From contig NC_134033.1 of the NCBI RefSeq assembly GCF_964204645.1, positions 14,950,655-15,014,654 on the forward strand: 64,000 nt of DNA. Direction: 5' to 3'. Under the pieces are notes generated by a model. That model was not told where the DNA came from, ran no database searches, and saw only the letters and a list, made by a program, of their open reading frames with translations. The stretch comes from Tubulanus polymorphus. Its lineage: Eukaryota > Animalia > Nemertea. How positions within the stretch are numbered: the first letter of the stretch is position 1; every line of letters begins with the position of its first letter. Below are positions 26,387-39,255 of this stretch, one piece after another. Both the position numbers and the translations under genes were made by a program.

Positions 26387-29300
26387 ATGAGTGGTCTCAA
26401 TAAAGCGGGGAAAAAGGAGACGAAAATGCGCATTCGTGCGTTCCCCGTAAGTATTATACAGCAAAGTTAAATTTGAAAGATTACAGCAGAGATAAGTAGG
26501 TCGGTCGCGCGCCTTTCCGAGACTGGATGGAATCTGCTGGATGAATGACTCAAATGACTTGAGCTATATGGTGTATGGTGATATCGCGAACAAGGTGTGA
26601 GGACAAGAGAAGTGAGGACTGATTGAAGAGAGGAAAAACCCAAACCGCGGTGGTAATAATACGTCCCCGCCATATGCCATATTCCCCTTGCACTGTTTGA
26701 TCTGATGGACTGCTGTTGTAGAAGGGCCCTCCTGTTTGTGTGAGAATGGTTGCTACTTTTTTCTGCTGTGCATTGGAGATGGTTCCCTCTTTAGGTCCGA
26801 TGGACTGCTCCATGTTGGAGGACCTTAAATCTTATTTCAGTAACAGTAACCGTAAAATTAAGTGATGGACCACTTCGACGATCTTAACGCTGTTTAACGA
26901 TACACAGTTGTTAGATTTAATTTGAAATTTGGAACGATGCTCATAATTTCAGATGACGATGGACGAGAGATACGTGAATAACATATGGAACTCGTTAAAG
27001 AACGCGATTCAGGAGATACAGAAGAAGAATAACAGCGGTCTGAGTTTCGAGGAGTTATACAGAAACGCTTACACGATGGTTCTTCATAAACACGGTGAAA
27101 AACTGTACACCGGACTCAGGGAGGTCGTTACTGATCATTTAATCAGTAAGGTAAATATCTACTACAACCGGCCTCCCCCCCCCTCACCGGACTCAGGGAG
27201 GTCGTTACTGATCATTTAATCAGTAAGGTAAATATCTACTACAACCAGCCTCCCCCCTCACCGGACTCAGGGAGGTCGTTACTGATCATTTAATCAGTAA
27301 GGTAAATATCTACTGCAACCAGCCTCCCCCCCCCTTACCGGACTCAGGGAGGTCGTTACTGATCATTTAATCAGTAAGGTAAATATCTACTACAACCAGC
27401 CTCCCCCCCCTCACCGGACTCAGGGAGGTCGTTACTGATCATTTAATCAGTAAGGTAAATATCTACTGCAACCAGCTCCCCCCCCCTTACCGGACTCAGG
27501 GAGGTCGTTACTGATCATTTAATCAGTAAGGTAAATATCTACTGCAACCAGCCTCCCCCCCCCCCCGCACCGGACTCAGGGAGGTCGTTACTGATCATTT
27601 AATCAGTAAGGTAAATATCTACTATAACCAGCCTCCCCCCTCACCGGACTCAGGGAGGTCGTTACTGATCATTTAATCAGTAAGGTAAATATCTACTACA
27701 ACCAGCCTCCCCCCCCCTCACCGGACTCAGGGAGGTCGTTACTGATCATTTAATCAGTAAGGTAAATATCTACTACAACCAGCCTCCCCCCTTACCGGAC
27801 TCAGGGAGGTCGTTACTGATCATTTAATCAGTAAGGTAAATATCTACTACAACCAGCCCCTCCCCCCCTCACCGGACTCAGGGAGGTCGTTACTGATCAT
27901 TTAATCAGTAAGGTAAATATCTACTGCAACCAGCCCCCCCCCCTTACCGGACTCATGGAGGTCGTTACTGATCATTTAATCAGTAAGGTAAATATCTACT
28001 ACAACCAGCCTCCCCCCCTTACCGGACTCAGGGAGGTCGTTACTGATCATTTAATCAGTAAGGTAAATATCTACTACAACCAGCCTCCCCCCTCAACGGA
28101 CTCAGGGAGGTCGTTACTGATCATTTAATCAGTAAGGTAAATATCTACTACAACCAGCCTCCCCCCTCACCGGACTCAGGGAGGTCGTTACTGATCATTT
28201 AATCAGTAAGGTAAATATCTACTACAACCAGCCTCCCCCCTCACCGGACTCAGGGAGGTCGTTACTGATCATTTAATCAGTAAGGTAAATATCTACTACA
28301 ACCAGCCTCCCCCCCTCACCGGACTCAGGGAGGTCGTTACTGATCATTTAATCAGTAAGGTAAATATCTACTACAACCAGCCTCCCCCCTCACCGGACTC
28401 AGGGAGGTCGTTACTGATCATTTAATCAGTAAGGTAAATATCTACTGCAACCAGCCTCCCCCCCTCACTGGACTCAGGGAGGTCGTTACTGATCATTTAA
28501 TCAGTAAGGTAAATATCTACTGCAACCAGCCTCCCCCCCCTCACTGGACTCAGGGAGGTCGTTACTGATCATTTAATCAATAAGGTAAATATCTACTACA
28601 ACTAGCCTCCCCCCGCACCGGACTCAGGGAGGTCGTTACTGATCATTTAATCAGTAAGGTAAATATCTACTACAACCAGCCCCCTCCCCCTCACTGGACT
28701 AAGGGAGGTCGTTACTGATCATTTAATCAGTAAGGTAAATATCTACTACAACCAGCCCCCTCCCCCTCACCGGACTCAGGGAGGTTTTTACTGATCATTT
28801 AATCAGTAAGGTAAATATCTACTACAACCAGCCTCCCCTCACTGGACTAAGGGCAACCACCCCACCCTCCTCACTGAGTCAGGAGTTACTGATCACTAAA
28901 TCAGTGATGTGGATATTTCCATGATAAACCCAAGGGCCCAGTTTCACAAAAAGGTTTAACTCTTAAATCGATTTAATTTCTTCATTAATTCAGTTTATCT
29001 TAAATCGATTTAGGCCTTAATCCTTTTTGTGAAACTGGGCCCAGAGCTCTCCTCTATTTAGTCAGAACTGTGTGTGAAATTTAAAGGTATTTTTCAGGTT
29101 CGTGAAGATGTTCTAACTGCGTTACACAATAATTTCCTACAAACGTTGAACTCGTCGTGGAACGATCATCAAACATCGATGGTGATGATTAGAGATATTC
29201 TCATGTATATGGTAAGATATACGAGTAGCACAAGTAGTGATGTTTGTAATAGGCCTATAGCGAGTCTGATAAATTCTGTTAAGCGCTTACTTTGGAAACA

Positions 29301-32300
29301 TTAAGGTTAGACCCTGATTAGTACTTACTTTTTAGGTAAAATCCAGTTGCTGCAGTTGTTCAAAAGTTTGTTAAAGATAACCAGTGGATAGTTGGCATAG
29401 TGACTATTGAAAGTGAATTGTGGTATTTATCCACTGGTTATCTTTAACAAACTTTTGAGCACCTGACCCTTGAAAGTGACTTGTAAGCCTACTTTTTGGA
29501 ACCGAGGAATTATATTGCTATCTATTGTGTTTTTCCAAGTTAAATTATATTTCCGGATTTTAGATTTGATTGCAAATGCATTTTCTTATTAATGATATAA
29601 CAAGAAAGATGAAGTCCAGAAAGTTTCCTTAAAGCTAATGATTTATTTATTTGATGTTCGACTAGGCCTATAACCTAATTGTAGTCATCCAGTGATTCTC
29701 TACGTATCGTCACAACTCGGAAGTAGTGTTTAATCAATGGTTATGTTTGGAACTCTTCTTAGGATTCCGGAAATAGGAGTATAAAATTTTGCCCCTCGAG
29801 TCTGATCGCTACGATTAACCCCGTTATCGCCATTTCAGGATCGAGTTTACGTTTTACAAAACAACGTAGACAACGTGTATAATCTCGGACTGATCATATT
29901 CCGCGATCAAGTCGTGCGTTATCCCGTCATCCGTGACCATCTGCAGACGACGTTGTTAGAAATGGTCGCCAAGGAACGAAGAGGCGAAGTCGTCGACAGG
30001 TAGGCAAAACTTTGAAGAAATTTACCTGTTAAATTATGGAAAAAAATTCTTATTTCAAATTTTTTTAGTCAATATTAGGGGAAAAATTTATTTTGTCAGA
30101 AAAAATTTTTCGTCCAAAAACTATTTGTAATATGTTTTGTTTGTAGAGGAGCGGTGAAAAATGCGTGTCAGATGTTGATGGTGCTTGGTATCGACTCACG
30201 TTCCGTTTACGAAGAAGATTTTGAACGACCATTCCTTAAACAATCGGCCGATTTCTATAGGGTATCAGATAAAATCAGACCAGATTCGTGTGACCACTAT
30301 TTTGAGAGTAGTTTCTACTCAGATTCTCCCAGAAATATCAAAATCTTTAATAATTTCCAGTTCATCGTCCATTAACCCTTTCAGTGCATCTACACCGCAG
30401 TGCGGTGTATAAATCGGTGATAGATTTTGCTAAAACACCGCACTGCGGTGTATTGATGTAATTAGTAATTAGTAATTACCTCTCTTAAAAAATGGCAGCA
30501 CGTGTCAAACATAGTGAAATACTAGTAAATAACGATACACCGCGCCGCGGTGTAGACGCACTATAGTAGTATTCCCGTTATTCAACACACAAGGGGAAAT
30601 TTTCAAAATTTTCTCCAGCACTATGGGGTATTGATTAGTCGGCACTGAAAGGGTTAAACTACTATTTTTGATTTCAAATAAATCTCATTCATAAAAGCTA
30701 CCGCAATTAGAGCTTTCAGGTAGTCCGTGGTCTCGACTGACAACGTTTGAATTTTTGAAATTTTCCCATTTCACAGCTCGAAAGTCAGAAGTTTCTCGCC
30801 GAAAACAGCGCGTCGGTTTATATAAACAAGGTGGAGTGTCGTATTAACGAAGAGGCCGAACGAGCGACTCATTATCTCGATAAAACAACGGAGGAACCGA
30901 TCGTTCAGGTGTTAGAGGAGGAACTTATCAGTAAACATATGAAAACTATAGTAGAAGTAAGTGATTCATCGATTCATACTTCACTGGATCCCGTTCTACG
31001 TCTGACTCTGAGTAAAAAAACATCGGACACTTTAAACTAATGATCCGGTTCTACGTCTGACTCTTTGATTAAAAAAACATCGGACACTTTACACTAATGA
31101 TCCGGTTCTACGTCTGACTCTTTGAGTAAAAAACATCGGACACTTTAAACTAATGATCCGGTTCTACGTCTGACTCTTTGAGTAGAAAAACATCGGACAC
31201 TTTAAACTAATGATCCGGTTCTACGTCTGACTCTTTGAGTAGAAAAACATCGGACACTTTAAACTAATGATCCGGTTCTACGTCTGACTCTTTGAGTTAA
31301 AAAACATCGGACTTTTCAAACTTTAATGATCCTGTGCCCGGTTCCACAGTTGCGAGTTGAGAACGAACTCTAATTCACAACTGCGGAACTGGATCCTGAT
31401 TCATACAAAGGGTAAAGGTTTTAAGGGTGGGTCATAAATTGACAAATTCTTCGTCTGTGCATAATGCACAATCGAATTAGGAACAAAAACTAGCTTACCG
31501 GTTGAAATGTTGTGTTAACCGGTATTTGGGCTTCATGAAGTTGAACAGGTCCCCTTTCTTAGGCGAAAATTTGTGTTTTTTAATGTTTACCAAACCCAAT
31601 AATGGTATTGAAGATCGACGCGATAAGATTGATCCCTCTTTACTCGAGTAATTCAAAATTGCTAGAAATCCTGAACTGATTTGAATTCGAAGTTTTTTCT
31701 TTCTTTTCAAGATGGAAAATTCAGGTGTTGTTCACATGCTCAAAAACAACAAAACTGACGGTAGGTCATTGATTTATGATAACATTCAATAGAGAAATTT
31801 GTTGCCACTGAAATTATCGTCGTCATGAATATTGTATCGGTTGTATTTTACAGATTTAGGATGTATGTATAAATTATTTATTCGTGTACCTGATGGATTG
31901 CGTACGATGTGTGCTTGTATCAGTGCGTATCTTAGAGAACAGGGTAAAGCACTAGTCGCTGAGGAGGAGGGCAAAAACGCTATTACTTATATACAGGTCA
32001 GTCTCGTTACAGTCTTACTACTGTCTCGGTCAGATATATAGTTAACCATCCCCTGTTGTCGGGAACAGTCTCTCAGAGACTGTTCCCGACAATCAGGGGA
32101 CAGTAACCCTTTATCAGAGTCTGATAAAGGGTTACTGTCCCCTGATTGACAGGAGCAGTCTTTGAAAATGGTTTACTGTCCCCTGATTGTCGATAACAGT
32201 CCCTGAAAATTGATGGTTTACTGTCCTCTGATATTTGGGAACAGTTTCTGAAAATGGTTTACTGTCCCCTGATTGTCAGGAACAGTCTTTGAAAATGGTT

Positions 32301-35300
32301 TACTGTCCCCTGATTGTCGGGAACAGTCTTTGAAAATGGTTTACTGTCCCCTGATTGTCGGTAACAGTCTCTGAAAATGGTTTACTGTCCCCTGATTGTC
32401 GGGAACAGTCTTTGAAAATGGTTTACTGTCCCCTGATTGTCGGGAACAGTCTCTGAAAATGGTTAACTGTCCCCTGATTGTCAGGAACAGTCTCTGAAAA
32501 TGGATGGTTTACTGTGATATTTTAGTGATATTTGGGAACAGTCTCTGAAAATGGTTTACTGTCCCCTGATTGTTGGGAAGTCTCTGAAAGTAGATCCTCA
32601 ATTCCAAAATCTTCAAATATTTTTACCTGAACTGTTGCTGGGTGTTTTTGTAATGATTTGTTTTCTCTGTTATTTCTCACTTTAGAGTCTTCTAGATTTG
32701 AAAGACAGATTCGATCATTTTCTACACCTGTCGTTCAACGACGATATGCAGTTTAAACAAATGATTTCCAGTGATTTCGAACATTTCGTGAATTTAAACA
32801 CAAAATCGCCGGAATATCTATCGCTATTCATCGACGACAAACTGAAAAAAGGCGTCAAAGGGGTGAGTACGGTTATTTTCCAACCGGGTTTATTGTCTCA
32901 ACCTGATATGAGGTCGAACAGGCAAAGCTCATTGCCCTATACCAATAACATGAAAATTGGGAAATTTCTAAAATCTTCTAAATTTTTCAAAAATCTCATG
33001 AAGTGCCACTCAAGTTTCTCATCCCTTCAACCAACTCGGGCCACTCAATACTCTGAGCCCCTAGACCCACCCTGTGCATTGTTGGCAGGTTTTAAGTTCT
33101 TTTTCCCAATATATTGGAGAGGAAAAAAACTTTGACCGAACAATTCTTCTCCCATCAGGATTCGAACCAAAGAGAACCTGGGAATGATAGGAAACCATTG
33201 ACCAAACGCTTTAACAGCTTTGACTTATGAGTTAAAGATAGTTTATTCTCAATGTTTCAACTCATGAGACCTAAGCCTATCCTTTAAAGAAGAACTGGGG
33301 CCTGGGCTGCCATACCTTCCTTTGTCCTTGATCCACAGGCTGTGGCCCTGGTGGTTAACCCCAATCCCTGATAGATCAGCTCCAGCATGGAAACTGAATG
33401 TATTTATTTCCTGATTGACAGATGACGGAACAGGAAATCGAGAGTGTACTGGATAAGAGTATGGTGCTGTTCAGATTCCTACAAGAGAAAGACGTATTCG
33501 AGAGATATTATAAACAACATTTAGCGAAACGGCTACTGCTGAATAAAAGTGTCTCTGACGATTCGGAAAAAAATATGATTTCCAAATTAAAGGTAGAATA
33601 TTTTAAAGTGCCTTGTGTCTATATAGGGGTTCAATGTTATCAATCCGCTGCCTGGAAGAAAATCTTTTCACTCTTTCACTATTGTAGTGTGAAATGTAGA
33701 CGATCAGTTTTTGAAAGTGAGCTGGTAAAATATCTAATATCTGGTGTTTGTAAATCATTTTCAATTAGAAATGTCTCAGATGAAGTTCTGAACACATGTG
33801 AAGTGTGGACAAACAGTTAATGAAAGTGTGCTGATAAAATGTCGTATGTCTGATATTGGTAGTTCATTTTCGATTAAAAGTTTTCAATCAACCACATGCG
33901 AAGTGTGGACGATCACAAATTGAAAGAATTTTGATAATGTATTGAATATCTGAGAGAGGGCACTGAGGTTACAGGCTGCAGATTGATATCCTTATTGTAC
34001 TAGAACATGAAATTGTTGTTTTTGTAGACGGAATGCGGCTGTCAGTTCACGTCGAAACTAGAAGGAATGTTTAAAGATATGACGGTTTCAAATTCAACGA
34101 TGGAAGAATTTAAAGAACACGTCAAAACTAACGCCGTAAGTTAACTACATCGCAGCCACCCTCTCCCGATCGCGCTGTATTGTTATAGGCTCAAATATGA
34201 AGAATGATTATCTATTGATTGCAGAAGAATTTGTGTGGCGTTGATCTCTTTGTCAGGGTATTAACGACTGGTTTTTGGCCGACTCAATCGGCCACGCCGA
34301 AATGTACGATACCTTTAGCTCCTAGGACGGCATTCGACGATTTCAGAAGGTAAAGTAGCAATTCTGAATGCTGAGGTCTTACAGATTATGAAAAACAGGG
34401 AATTCAGGATTAATTTTTTCCCTACCGGTATATTTTTCGTCAAATATGAGAGAGGGAATTCAGGGAATTAGAGTTTTTGGTGTCTTCATGTTCTTGCTGT
34501 TGACGAGTGGCACTAGGAACCTCTTGATCACAGCCTCACGGAGGATATTTTACGATCTAATCAGAATTTCGGTCAAGGATCAAAGAACTATCAGGGAATT
34601 TTGGATTCCCTGATCTGTAAGAATGACAAGTTTCAGATCTCCCGAGAATATCGAAATACTCTCCAAGTTAGAATGATTTTAGTTCATTTTCGATTAAACT
34701 CTTATATCTGATGTCAAATGATTCTCATTTTCGATGATTATTTCATCTATATATTAATTATAATTATAAATATAGTAATTATAATATAGATATGAATATT
34801 GTTTATAATTTGTAGGTTTTATTTAGTAAAACACAACGGTCGACAGCTAACGTTACAACCGCAGCTCGGTTCGGCCGATCTGAACGCAACGTTCTTCGGA
34901 CCTCGTAAAGACGATTCGTCGTCGTCGTCGACGACGGTGGTCGCGGATAACGGCGCAGGTGGCGCCGGTGCATCGACCGGCAAATCAGGACCGAGGAAAC
35001 ACATAATACAAGTATCGACGTATCAGATGTGTATACTGATGCTGTTTAATAGTCGAGATAAATACACATACGAGGTGAGTACCTCACTGTCACTCACGAC
35101 TTTCATTCCACTCGGGGCATTATTAGAAGCAGATTCAAGAAATTCTTTTCCCCTCAACTCGCTGCGCCACTCTCAGAGTGTTGTTAATACAGGGTGTGGC
35201 CACTGACCTGTATAACCTTTTGATAACCTGGAAAACTCAGGAAATCAGAAAAATCTAGAAAAAATCTGGGAAAACTCTTGACAAATTTTACAAATCACCT

Positions 35301-37855
35301 GGAAAACTAAGGGAATTCGTATAATGCTATTGACCTATTGAAGCATTTTAAAGCAAGAAATTTCTCTGATTTACTCAGGAAATTTCATGTAATAGCATGA
35401 AACAATCAGGGAAAACTCGGGGGATTTGTAAATGGGCAGAAATTGGCACCACCCTGTAACAATTCAGGTACGTTAAGGGGGAGAGGCCACCATCAATCAA
35501 GGAATACTTCCATCAGCAGGATTCGAACCCATGAACCCTGGAATTGATGAGAAAACTGACAAATCGTTTTGAACAAGGGGTCATTCATTTATTACGTACA
35601 CATTGGGGGAGGGGGAGGGGTCAGTGCAATTGCGTAAGGTAATGCTTAATGTATATGAAAAAATGGCCGATTTTGCGTACAGAGGGGGAGGGGGTAGAAA
35701 AATTCGAATTTTATGCGTAGGTAATAAATGAATGATCCCCAACTCAACCGCATCGTCTGCCTTCATGAAGTACCATGAAATTGATTAAGACGTAAATGAT
35801 AAGTGATGATGTTGATGATATTTGACGGACGACGCTTCGATTGCAGGAATTGAAGAATGAAACCGATATTCCCGAACGCGATCTAATGAGAGCGATTCAA
35901 TCGTTGGCGCTCGGTAAAATGACGCAGAGAATTCTCTGCAAAGAACCGAAGGGTAAAGAGATCGCGGCGACCGACGTGTTCGGCGTTAACGACCAGTTCA
36001 CTTCACGGTTATTCAGAGTTAAAATACAAACTGGTACGTACGAAACAAACCCCACCCTGTAGAACCCCCTCCACTCTTAACCATCCTCTTAAACCTTTCA
36101 GTACTGACTAATTAATTCCCTGGGCCCGGTTTTATAGACTGGAATCATCTTTAATCTGGGGGTTAACTCAATTGAAAATGAATTGAAGTTAGAGTTAATA
36201 CCTGTCTATTAAACCGGGCCCTGCTGGAGATAATTTGAAAATTTTAGAAAATTCCACCCCAGTCTGTTGTATACAAGCATACCTCTAGAATGTGTCTACA
36301 CTGCGGTGCGGTGTATCATTAGTTATTCATATTTCACTATGTTTGAGTGGTGTTGCGCTTTGTTTAAAAGCTGCCGCCATCTTTCAATAGAAGAGATCTG
36401 TATGGCACAATGCGGTGTATAAGCAAAGTCCATCACCGTTTAATACACCGCACTGCGGTGAATATGCACTGAAAGGGTTTCTTATTTCTCAATCTGTATT
36501 TTGAATATTTCTATAGTTGCTGCTAAAGGAGAATCAGAGCCGGAACGCAAGGAAACGCGAAATAAAGTCGACGAAGATCGAAAACATGAATATCCTTTTA
36601 CGTATTATCAATCGTGCCACCAGGTGGCGTGACTGATGAAAGTTTTACCACCAGGTGTCATGACTTAAAGTCAGTTCAATGTCGGAATATGTCAAATTTA
36701 TTTCTTTTACGAGAAAAGTTAATTCGTTTTTAACTTGGAAGAAATTAAACGCATACTAGCTACCAGTGACACCTGGTGGTTCCACACTTGCCAGAGTAAC
36801 ATATTTGTATTTGATAATTGAATTAATTTTTCGTATGATTTTGACCTTGACCTCGGTGTTCACAATAGAAGCTGCAATCGTCCGCATAATGAAAGCACGT
36901 AAAAAGATGCAACACAATGTTCTAGTCGCTGAGGTACGTACTGGCACGGCTACTCCCCCTGGTGGTGAGATCGGTGTACTACCGTAAACCCCCTCTGACC
37001 GAGCGGTTGTTCTATTTTTCAGGTTACAGAGCAGTTAAAAGCCCGATTCCTTCCTAGCCCTGTAGTTATCAAGAAACGTATAGAAGGTTTAATAGAACGT
37101 GATTATCTAGCGAGAACTCCCGAGGATAGGTCAGTATTCAATAATACCTAATGACGTAGCTCTCGTATAACTCTGTGCGAGAACGATATAACAGGTCCAT
37201 ACGAGCTTAGACTGGTCTTAAGTTGTTAGATTGGTTATAGAACTAAAATGAGCTTAGACTGGTCACAGGTTGTTAGATTGGTTATAGAACCAAAATGAAC
37301 TTAGACTGGTCTTAAGTTGTTAGCTTGGTTATAGAACCAAAATGAGCTTAGACAGGTCTTAAGTTGTTAAGATTGGTTATAGAACTAAAATGAGCTTAGA
37401 CTGGTCACAAGTTGTTAGATTGGTTATAGAACCAAAATGAGCTTAGACTGGTCTCAAGTTGTTAAGTTAGTTATAGAACCAAAATGAGCTTAGACTGGTC
37501 TCAAGTTGTTAGATTGGTTATAGAACCAAAATGAGCTTAGACTGGTCTCAAGTTGTTAAGTTAGTTATAGAACCAAAATGAGCTTAGACTGGTCTCAAGT
37601 TGTTAGATTGGTTATAGAACCAAAATGAGCTTAGACTGGTCTCAAGTTGTTAAGTTAGTTATAGAACCAAAATGATCTTAGACTTGTCTTACATCTGAGT
37701 CATGTCCGTGCAACTGATGATAAGCCGTGATTGTGCAACTGGGCCCCGAGTTATGATTTGAATTCACACTATTAGTATATGATTGAATTTTGGAACCGAG
37801 TTTCTAATCTCGGTATTTTGTATATTTCAGGAAAGTCTATACATACGTGGCATAG
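26387..37855 (+). CDS. CUL3: Cullin-3
   Basis: Exons: 26387-26446 (KMRIRAFP), 26953-27150, 29098-29211, 29839-29999, 30147-30261, 30777-30956, 31712-31760, 31854-31996, 32686-32862, 33422-33592, 34028-34135, 34225-34349, 34816-35074, 35847-36033, 36517-36589, 36864-36933, 37023-37129, 37831-37855 (KVYTYVA*). Motifs [41 protein letters not shown]. Confidence 0.97.
27108..28850. repeat. Approx. 75-bp tandem repeat spanning the CUL3 exon 2/intron 2 junction, about 23 units
   Basis: Unit CACCGGACTCAGGGAGGTCGTTACTGATCATTTAATCAGTAAG|GTAAATATCTACTACAACCAGCCT(C)n. Confidence 0.97.
28935..29041. mobile_element. Fold-back MITE
   Basis: 20-bp perfect TIR GGCCCAGTTTCACAAAAAGG, flanks AAG/CAG. Confidence 0.7.
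30376..30653. mobile_element. piggyBac-like MITE (TTAA TSD)
   Basis: TTAA-CCCTTTCAGTGC ... GCACTGAAAGGG-TTAA. Related copies near 1050-1230, 36093-36477 and 54520-54690. Confidence 0.8.
30987..31331. repeat. Approx. 56-bp tandem repeat, 6 copies
   Basis: Unit GATCCGGTTCTACGTCTGACTCTTTGAGTAAAAAACATCGGACACTTTAAACTAAT. Confidence 0.92.
32050..32590. repeat. Approx. 41-bp tandem repeat with an inverted unit at its start
   Basis: Unit TTTACTGTCCCCTGATTGTCGGGAACAGTCTCTGAAAATGG. Confidence 0.9.
35577..35739. mobile_element. MITE with 3-bp TSD (CAA)
   Basis: Same family as 8974-9138 (ATA TSD) and 39056-39200 (TAT TSD). TIR GGG(G/A)TCATTCATTTATT. Confidence 0.78.
36123..36220. mobile_element. MITE, CTG TSD, nested in a piggyBac-like MITE
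   Basis: TIR GGCCCGGTTT(T/A)ATAGAC flanked by CTG. Confidence 0.72.
36590..36863 (+). other. U12-type (minor spliceosome) AT-AC intron in CUL3
   Basis: 5' end ATATCCTTTT, branch-like GACCTTGAC at about 36843-36851, 3' end CAC. Splicing joins CAT GA|A ATA GAA and restores [14 protein letters not shown]. Confidence 0.93.
37203..37747. repeat. Approx. 47-bp tandem repeat derived from a MITE interior
   Basis: Unit GAGCTTAGACTGGTCT(T/C)AAGTTGTTAGATTGGTTATAGAACCAAAAT. The array ends in the TIR TGCAACTGGGCCCC. Confidence 0.88.
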
Positions 37856-38133
37856 ATACATCTTTAGAAAGTGTGCACGAGCGCGCGCGAGTGTCCGATC
37901 GAGTGTGCGTGACCAGGTGTGACAAGATACATGCTCAATCACGCCGTCTAGTGTGTATCCGTGTAACTATACAGAGAATCCTACTGCGTTCGTTATTTAA
38001 AAAAAAAAAAAACTGTAAAAACCGCGATCGGGTGGGAGGGGGTAGAGAGAAAACGAGGACGCGGTCTCGGATCTACGTACGTTCACGCGGGGGATTCTTT
38101 CATTCAGTGAGAACGTTTAAAATTATTATTATA

Positions 38134-38165
<32 letters not shown>

Positions 38166-38852
38166 TACGTGTAAATAAGAAACTGTACAGCTATCTATAT
38201 ACCCTTAGATATACGGTAGACTCCTCCGCTCGAATCGGATCTGTTTCGAGGAATGGCGGGAATTACTCCGGGTTCGCGCGAATTCCGGACTGAACATATT
38301 TTACGTACATTTATGTATAGATGGACTGTAAATAATATCTCCGCGACGAATCGGTCGGAATCGAGCGGGTTTTTTTTTTTTAGCCGCCGCGTCTGCGATA
38401 TCGACTGATCTGGCTAGTCATGCACACCCTGCCCTCTATTGTCTATTGCTCGAACTACACGAATCAACGGCTTCTCTTCGATATATATATATATATATAT
38501 ATATATTTACGGTAAATGTATTACTGTATTAAAAATATGTGGAGGGATGTACCCGCCCACGCGCCCGTTAACTGAGCGCGGCTAATTTTAATTCAGAGCA
38601 GTAATTTTTTTCGTTTTTGTAAATATTTATATTTAAAAACGCCGTTAATAAAATGATTTGTTTAGTTTTCGTCGTATCGGGGGGCCTCTCGTCACGCCTG
38701 CAGTAGCTGCCATCAGTTTTACAACTTGTAATGAGTTCTCAAGAATAACAGTTAAACGATGGAAATGTGTTCGTTGTAACGAGGTTCAGCCGTAGCTATG
38801 AACACAGGACTGTTTGGTCCTAGCTACGGCTTGCCTACGTACTCAATGAACC

Positions 38853-39255
38853 CGGGGGCGGATCCAAGGTAAGGGTGCAGGGGGTGTGTGCACCCACCCA
38901 AAAATTGAATTGAAAAGTTGCCCTGAAATTTCATGGGAAAAATATTAAACTGATGCCTAAAAGAGTTAACATTCATAAGCTTGTTCCGCTATCTCCAAAA
39001 ATTAGTCGATATTTTGTGATCCTTCTTTTGGGGTGCCCTTTCAAATATATGATATGGGGTCATTCCTTGCTATGTATGCATAAGGGGTGCAATTGCGTAT
39101 TGTAATGTTTAATGTATATGAAAAGATAGCCAAATGTGCGTACAGGGGGGAGGTTGAAAAAATCTAGTATTTCTGGTACATTTACAAAATGAATGATCCC
39201 TATTCCCTATTTTGGGGGTGCATCCTCCACCAATCGGGCCCTAGATCCGCCCCTG
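38853..39255. mobile_element. TIR element with 7-bp TSD, containing nested MITE 39056-39200
   Basis: C(G/A)GGGGCGGATC termini flanked by ATGAACC on both sides. Confidence 0.68.

Noticed and set aside
26467-26813. Minus-strand ORFs in CUL3 intron 1
   Set aside because: Short, with no recognisable homology or splice context.
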